Below the pieces are notes generated by a model, which was not told where the DNA came from, searched no databases, and was given only the letters and a program-made list of their open reading frames with translations. A stretch of 23,812 nucleotides of DNA from an uncultured Nitrososphaerales archaeon (GTDB lineage: Archaea; Thermoproteota; Nitrososphaeria; Nitrososphaerales; Nitrososphaeraceae): positions 1 to 23,812 of the forward strand of contig CAVPXM010000012.1 of assembly GCA_963709405.1 (NCBI GenBank). The letters run 5' to 3'. A program made the translations under genes and the position numbers. Position 1 is the stretch's first letter, and the number at the start of each line of letters is the position of its first letter. Positions 19,166-23,812 of the stretch are shown here, piece by piece.

Positions 19166-19246
19166 TACTAGGTACGGTACGTATTCCTGACTGGGCGCGC
19201 GCACTAACTATCCAATTTATTAATTCATTTTACATATCTAAATTAC
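19166..19246 (+). promoter_or_regulatory. conserved upstream module, copy 2
   Basis: TACTAGGTACGGTACgtattcctGACT is 22/27 identical to copy 1; TTTATTAA at 19216-19223; ATG at 19247. Confidence 0.65.
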
Positions 19247-19333
19247 ATGATTGACACAAGTACTATGTCTTCATGGTCGCAACAATCCAAGTGTGAGCAG
19301 AGAAGCGGTCACTCTAAGGGAGCAAGGTCATGA
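19247..19333 (+). CDS. 28-aa leader ORF or remnant of a deleted first gene, coupled to the SDR
   Basis: MIDTSTMSSWSQQSKCEQRSGHSKGARS*; its TGA overlaps the SDR ATG (ATGA 19330-19333). Confidence 0.4.
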   Translation: MIDTSTMSSWSQQSKCEQRSGHSKGARS

Positions 19334-20214
19334 CGCAAGCAAAGAAACAGAGAGGACCCACAGTGGCGATCACCGGGGCTGGCAGCGGCCTTGGACGGGA
19401 ACTCGCACTCGGATTTTCTGCAAAGGGCTACCGGGTATTCGGTACAGCCCAGTCAGCAAATGAAACTGCCGAATTTCAAAACCAATCGGCTGATGGTGGT
19501 GAAATTACCCTTACTATTACCGACATCGCCAAGGAAGAACAGGTAAACAATTGGAAGGAGCAGGTAAGAAAATTGCTTAATGAAGACGGATTGGATCTCC
19601 TAATTAATAATGCCGGTGTACTTACCCCTGGGCCAATGGAAGTTTTATCGTTAAGTGCTATTCGCCATGAATTTGAAGTAAATGTTTTTGGCAGCCTGGC
19701 TACCATCCATGCTTTTTTGCCTTTATTACGTCAGGCAAAAGGTCGCATTGTTCAGATCGGATCGATGACAGGACGTTTTCCGATCCCCTTCAGCGGACCA
19801 TCGAGTGCTTCAAAAGCAGCAATGGAGGCATTTGCAGATGTTTACCGCACTGAATTAAAACCATTTGGTATAGATTTTATAATGGTGCAGCCTGGCTCCC
19901 TGCTCACAGGTGGTCCGGCTAAGACTGCCGCTCAATTGAAACAGGTTTCAGAAAACATGACAGTTGAGCAAAAAAATCTATATGGAAAATATTTTGATCA
20001 ATTCGCAATAGGACTTAACAAAATGCAAAACGCCGGTTTACCTGCATCCGAAGCGGCTGCAAGGGTAATTGAAATTTCTAAACAAGTGCCAGCTCCTATC
20101 AGAGCGCCCGTGGGAAAGGATGCAGAAGAGTTACTCCGGGCAGTTCGTGAAAAATCAGATGAAGAACTGGATATAATGAAAGCGCAAATGTTCGGATTTG
20201 GTGAAATAGAATGA
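19330..20214 (+). CDS. SDR-family oxidoreductase with non-canonical active site (SxxxK)
   Basis: TGAGSGLG, LINNAG, VNVFG, IGS; the YxxxK position reads GP-SSASK. Confidence 0.9.
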   Translation: MTQAKKQRGPTVAITGAGSGLGRELALGFSAKGYRVFGTAQSANETAEFQNQSADGGEITLTITDIAKEEQVNNWKEQVRKLLNEDGLDLLINNAGVLTPGPMEVLSLSAIRHEFEVNVFGSLATIHAFLPLLRQAKGRIVQIGSMTGRFPIPFSGPSSASKAAMEAFADVYRTELKPFGIDFIMVQPGSLLTGGPAKTAAQLKQVSENMTVEQKNLYGKYFDQFAIGLNKMQNAGLPASEAAARVIEISKQVPAPIRAPVGKDAEELLRAVREKSDEELDIMKAQMFGFGEIE

Positions 20215-20639
20215 AACCACTAATTATCGCACATGATACGCAAAGTAAACGCAATGTTGAGAATATTCTAGCGTTATACGATGAAATGATCAACAAAAAA
20301 CGGGCTGTACAGGCTGTTGAAAAGTACTTGGTGCCTGACTACATCCAGCATAATCCCATAATTCCCACCACAGCTAAAGCCTTGGGCGAGTTCTTTAACA
20401 GTGTTGCTGGAGCAAGGCAAAATTTGCGTGTAATGGTACATCGTGTTATTGCAAGTGGCGATTGGGTGTGGGCGCATGTAAATTTTATCAATCTGTACAA
20501 TGATGATCCGAATGACAGGGGTATAGCTGGCGTTGATATTTATAGATTCAATGCCGATGGGAAAATGATAGAGCATTGGGACGTACTTCAGGAGGTACCA
20601 GATCCAGCCAAAGCCGCCAATACGAACGGTATGTTTTGA
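20211..20639 (+). CDS. SnoaL-like / NTF2-family protein
   Basis: YIQHNP...IASGDWVWAH...AGVDIYRF..GKMIEHWDVLQEVP...NTNGMF; ATGA overlap with the SDR. Confidence 0.9.
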   Translation: MKPLIIAHDTQSKRNVENILALYDEMINKKRAVQAVEKYLVPDYIQHNPIIPTTAKALGEFFNSVAGARQNLRVMVHRVIASGDWVWAHVNFINLYNDDPNDRGIAGVDIYRFNADGKMIEHWDVLQEVPDPAKAANTNGMF

Positions 20640-20640
20640 T

Positions 20641-21045
20641 ATGGCTTTAAATATTGAAGAGAATAAGGCTCTGATCCGACGTTTTTTCACTGCTATCGAA
20701 CGCGGCAATTTGACTGTTTTCGACCAAATAGTCTCAGAGGATTACAACGATCACCTAGTTGGTCAGAGCCCGGGGCGCGAAAACCTCAAGAAGTATTTCA
20801 CCGGACTTCGTACCGCTTTCCCCGACCTGGAACTGCCGATAATAAGGATGGTGGCAGAGAGGGATCATGTGGCTGTTCTGAACCTGGTCAAAGGTACCCA
20901 CAAAGGCGATTTCCAATCGGTCACGCCAACCGGCAATAGAATCGACGTCATGGCCTTTCAGCTATATCGCATCGAAAATGAAAAACTGGCCGAGCACTGG
21001 GAAGTTGCTGACTTCGCAACGATGATGCAGCAACTGCAGAACTGA
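20641..21045 (+). CDS. SnoaL-like ester cyclase family protein
   Basis: EENKALIRRF...AFPDL...GTHKGDF...PTG...GKLAEHW-type motifs (here EKLAEHW). Confidence 0.9.
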   Translation: MALNIEENKALIRRFFTAIERGNLTVFDQIVSEDYNDHLVGQSPGRENLKKYFTGLRTAFPDLELPIIRMVAERDHVAVLNLVKGTHKGDFQSVTPTGNRIDVMAFQLYRIENEKLAEHWEVADFATMMQQLQN

Positions 21046-21303
21046 TATCAGGAACAAGAATGGAGTTCAATTCTAACCAATCAAAGACATGGGTCAGTTT
21101 TTCATCGGCTCATCAGATATGCCAAGCATTGTTTCCCAATTTTCGCCTGAATATTCGTAACAGGATCAAAATGTCAAAGCACAATTCCTCAGATTATTCT
21201 CTAATATTCCGAGCGCTGCTTTATGATACGCAACACACAGAAAGATCTAGAATAACAACACTTTTTTAATTAGGTTAATCATAATAGACTTGGTTTTGCG
21301 TGC

Positions 21304-22035
21304 ATGAATGAAGAGCATAACAGGATAAAGTATGATTTTTCAGATAGAATTGTATTGGTAACAGGTGGTACTGGAGCACTGGGCAGAGCTATATCAAAGG
21401 CTTTCATTACTTCTGGTGCTACAGTAATATCTTCGTATGTAGTTGATAGAGAAGCAGATCAGCTTGAAGCTCAAATCAAGTCAGTGGTACGCCTAATGAA
21501 AGCAGATATAGGAAAAGAAGAGGAAGTAAAGAATTTAGTTTCTAGTATCCTAGACAAGTATGGTCGAATCCATATCTTAGTTAATGTGGTTGGAGGTTAT
21601 ATAGGAGGCAAGAGTGTGGCTGAACTTGATGAAAAAGAATGGGATCTGATGATGAATATGAATCTTAAATCGGCCTTTCTAATAAGCAAAAACGTTATAC
21701 CTCAAATGATATCTTCAAAAAATGGAAAGATAGTTCATGTATCTTCCAGATCCGGTTTGAAGTCTACTGGATACGATTCTGCTTATGCGGCATCAAAATC
21801 AGGATTGATTCGGCTTGTAGAATCACTATCCGAAGAAGTGAAGGACTTGAATATTAATGTAAACTGTATAATGCCAAGTACAATAGATACAGAAGCAAAT
21901 AGAATTGCAATGCCAAATGCAGACCATAACAAATGGGTGAAGCCTCCAGACTTAGCAAATATAGTATTATTTCTTTGCTCAGAAGAAGGAAAAGCCATAA
22001 CAGGTGCTGCTATACCTACCTTCGGTTTAGCCTAA
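21304..22035 (+). CDS. SDR-family NAD(P)-dependent oxidoreductase
   Basis: TGGTGALG, VSS, YAASK, PSTIDT; host-like AT-rich composition. Confidence 0.92.
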   Translation: MNEEHNRIKYDFSDRIVLVTGGTGALGRAISKAFITSGATVISSYVVDREADQLEAQIKSVVRLMKADIGKEEEVKNLVSSILDKYGRIHILVNVVGGYIGGKSVAELDEKEWDLMMNMNLKSAFLISKNVIPQMISSKNGKIVHVSSRSGLKSTGYDSAYAASKSGLIRLVESLSEEVKDLNINVNCIMPSTIDTEANRIAMPNADHNKWVKPPDLANIVLFLCSEEGKAITGAAIPTFGLA

Positions 22036-22246
22036 AAGGGATATTTACTGGTAATAACAAGTTATGTATCTCTGTTTCATTTTTTGATGTATGTACCAAG
22101 TCATAGTTATTTACGGTAACAAAGACCGTCATGATATAATATATCTCCACTACTATGAGATAATATCTCTCCAAGTAACCAGTATCGTTGGCCTTTTTTA
22201 GTTTTGTTTGAATATGATGAAGATGTCATATGGCAACTAGATATCT

Positions 22247-23411
22247 GAGGCTTGGGCATATTCCAGATCCATATTTTATGTCTATAATGAATTAGGATAA
22301 AGCTATCCTTTGAGTGTCTGAATTTGTGATGAAACATAATCAAACATTCCCAAAGGATAGCATATGGTAGTAAATGTGAATCTATTCTTTTTAGTATTCT
22401 GTACTTGATAGGTTCGATACCGTGGTCAGAATCGCAAAAGGGAAGAAGGGGCAGACCATATGTTTATTCTCCCACTGTAATTCTGAGATGTTTCATAGTT
22501 AGGCTATGGTTTAGACTGGATTCTAACAATGCATTACATGAATTCCTAGAATTGGATTATCCTTACAATAAGAAGATAATGAAAAGATGTGGTCTTACCC
22601 AAATACCAGACAGGCGAACATTTGACAGACGACTTAAGACCATATCCACAGACATCAAAAAAAGGATTACTATCATGACCTGCATGTTTGTATGCGAAAA
22701 GATGATAAATCCATACATTGTTGCAATAGATAGTACTTTACTGAAAGCCAAAGGACATGTTTGGCACAAATCATCTATGAACAAGGTATAGTACCATGTT
22801 CTGGCATAGATACTGACGCAAGATGGGGATTCAGCCATGCTAAAGGATGGATATTTGGTTACAAACTACATATGATATCAAGTACTGGTTCAGTCATAGT
22901 CCCATTAGCAGCAGATTTTACAACTGCTAATGTACAAGATAATCAAATGTACAATCCGATGATATCATCATCATCTCTGTCTCCAGAAACATGTTTCATG
23001 ATAGGCGATTCTGGGTATGACGACCATAAACTATATGGCTTGAGTACTAAAGAGGATTTCAACTGGTATGTCCATACAAAGATATGAACATACCCCTACT
23101 GACAGACTTGAGCTGATACAATTCTATGAATCTGAGTTAGGACAGGCTATTTACTCTTGGAGAAGTAAATCGATAGAACCACTAATAGAACATATTAAAT
23201 CTGTTTTTAGAATAGACCCATTACCAGTAAGAGGCTACCATAAGGCTGCTGGAATAGCACTTCTGTCAGTACTACTATATCAGATCCTTGTCTACTACAA
23301 TTATAAAACCAGACGTAGTCAACGACCAAAATCAATCAAACACATGTTATGTAGTTAATATGTTACCAAATAATATATGAAAAATATAGAATTCAATTAT
23401 GTCCAAGCCTC
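22247..23411 (+). mobile_element. 1165-bp insertion sequence (DDE_Tnp_1-type transposase; IS4/IS5/IS982-like, family not fixed)
   Basis: TIRs GAGGCTTGGGCATA (22247-22260) and TATGTCCAAGCCTC (23398-23411), 13/14; 8-bp target duplication AGATATCT at 22239-22246 and 23412-23419. Confidence 0.92.
22329..23358 (+). pseudogene. DDE transposase, frameshifted into three or more pieces
   Basis: IPDRRTFDRRL, AIDSTLL, DTDARWG...GYKLH, GDSGYD, YSWRSKSIEPL motifs spread across ORFs 22405, 22761 and 23068. Confidence 0.88.
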
Positions 23412-23812
23412 AGATATCTAGGTAGATTGACTACTTCCAGAGACTAAGGTATATGTGGTAATACGCCGATCACAATTTCAAGACTCGATCAAGAAACAGA
23501 TTAATCTATAGATATTAGTGGACCTAGCTATTATCTCAGTATCTTTCGATATATGGAACTTGATTTCATGACAGAGATCAAGCTCTCAAATATTGATTGA
23601 CAACTTCATATCTTCGTACCACTTTAACCTTAATCATTTCTATAACATACTATTACTATTGATAGTGATTTGCACGTGGCTATTGAAAGAAACCAGCCAT
23701 CCATCCACGGCGGATTCATTATAATAACATTTTGCGGATAGATTATTTATCTTTTCTTGAAGTATGAATACGGAAGTTAATAGATCTCTTGCGTAAGCTT
23801 CTAATTACGCAA

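Noticed and set aside
1526-19180. The 15-bp direct repeat as attL/attR of one 17.6-kb element
   Set aside because: The enclosed DNA includes core-like genes (UPF0201, amidohydrolase), the integrase is not adjacent to either copy, and fixed spacing to TATA/ATG fits a promoter role better. Not strictly excluded.
2301-22838. Antisense or alternate-frame ORFs in the track (e.g. 2301, 2861, 4212, 6215, 6372, 6672, 7866, 8454, 9063, 9673, 10533, 11847, 12682, 12788, 14848, 16751, 16780, 17513, 18772, 19251, 19476, 20099, 20274, 21783, 22563)
   Set aside because: They overlap better-supported genes and show no recognisable motifs.
22780-23070. Programmed frameshifting in the transposase
   Set aside because: Several shifts, including one near the start, and no clear slippery heptamer plus hairpin at them; decay or sequencing error is more likely.
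1-23812. CRISPR array, tRNA or rRNA
   Set aside because: No regularly spaced repeats and no cloverleaf/T-loop or rRNA signatures recognised by eye; the GC-richer patch at 5145-5200 does not fit a tRNA.
23789-23812. TTGCGTAA-n8-TTACGCAA inverted repeat
   Set aside because: At the window edge with no context or second copy; cannot be interpreted.

Overview
AT-rich accessory region that looks like it comes from a soil-type ammonia-oxidising archaeon (Nitrososphaeraceae). This taxon call is inferred from gene families such as a DUF6659-like protein, UPF0201, a stand-alone C2H2 zinc finger and a tyrosine integrase with a coiled-coil tail; no database search was run. From left to right: (1) the right end of a decayed integrative element (small Cys-rich ORF, MCM-like remnant); (2) a frameshifted, GC-richer LLM-class oxidoreductase; (3) a cluster of fused gene fragments, including an IS903-group element that split a SAM methyltransferase and was then broken by an apparent ~2.3 kb inversion (both genes can be rejoined); (4) a decaying sqr-dsrE-arsR sulfur module; (5) a few core-like genes; (6) an integrase element (int, wHTH, RHH-like, Zn-finger, coiled-coil ORFs) related to the element at the window start; (7) a bacterial-type epoxide hydrolase remnant and an intact SDR-SnoaL-SnoaL operon; (8) an IS with clear terminal inverted repeats and an 8-bp target duplication. 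The most striking unexplained signal is a conserved ~81-bp upstream module (TACTAGGTACGGTAC...GACT, then a TATA-like box, then ATG exactly 81 nt from the motif start). It lies in front of both bacterial-type oxidoreductase units, 17.6 kb apart. I recognised no tRNA, rRNA or CRISPR array.
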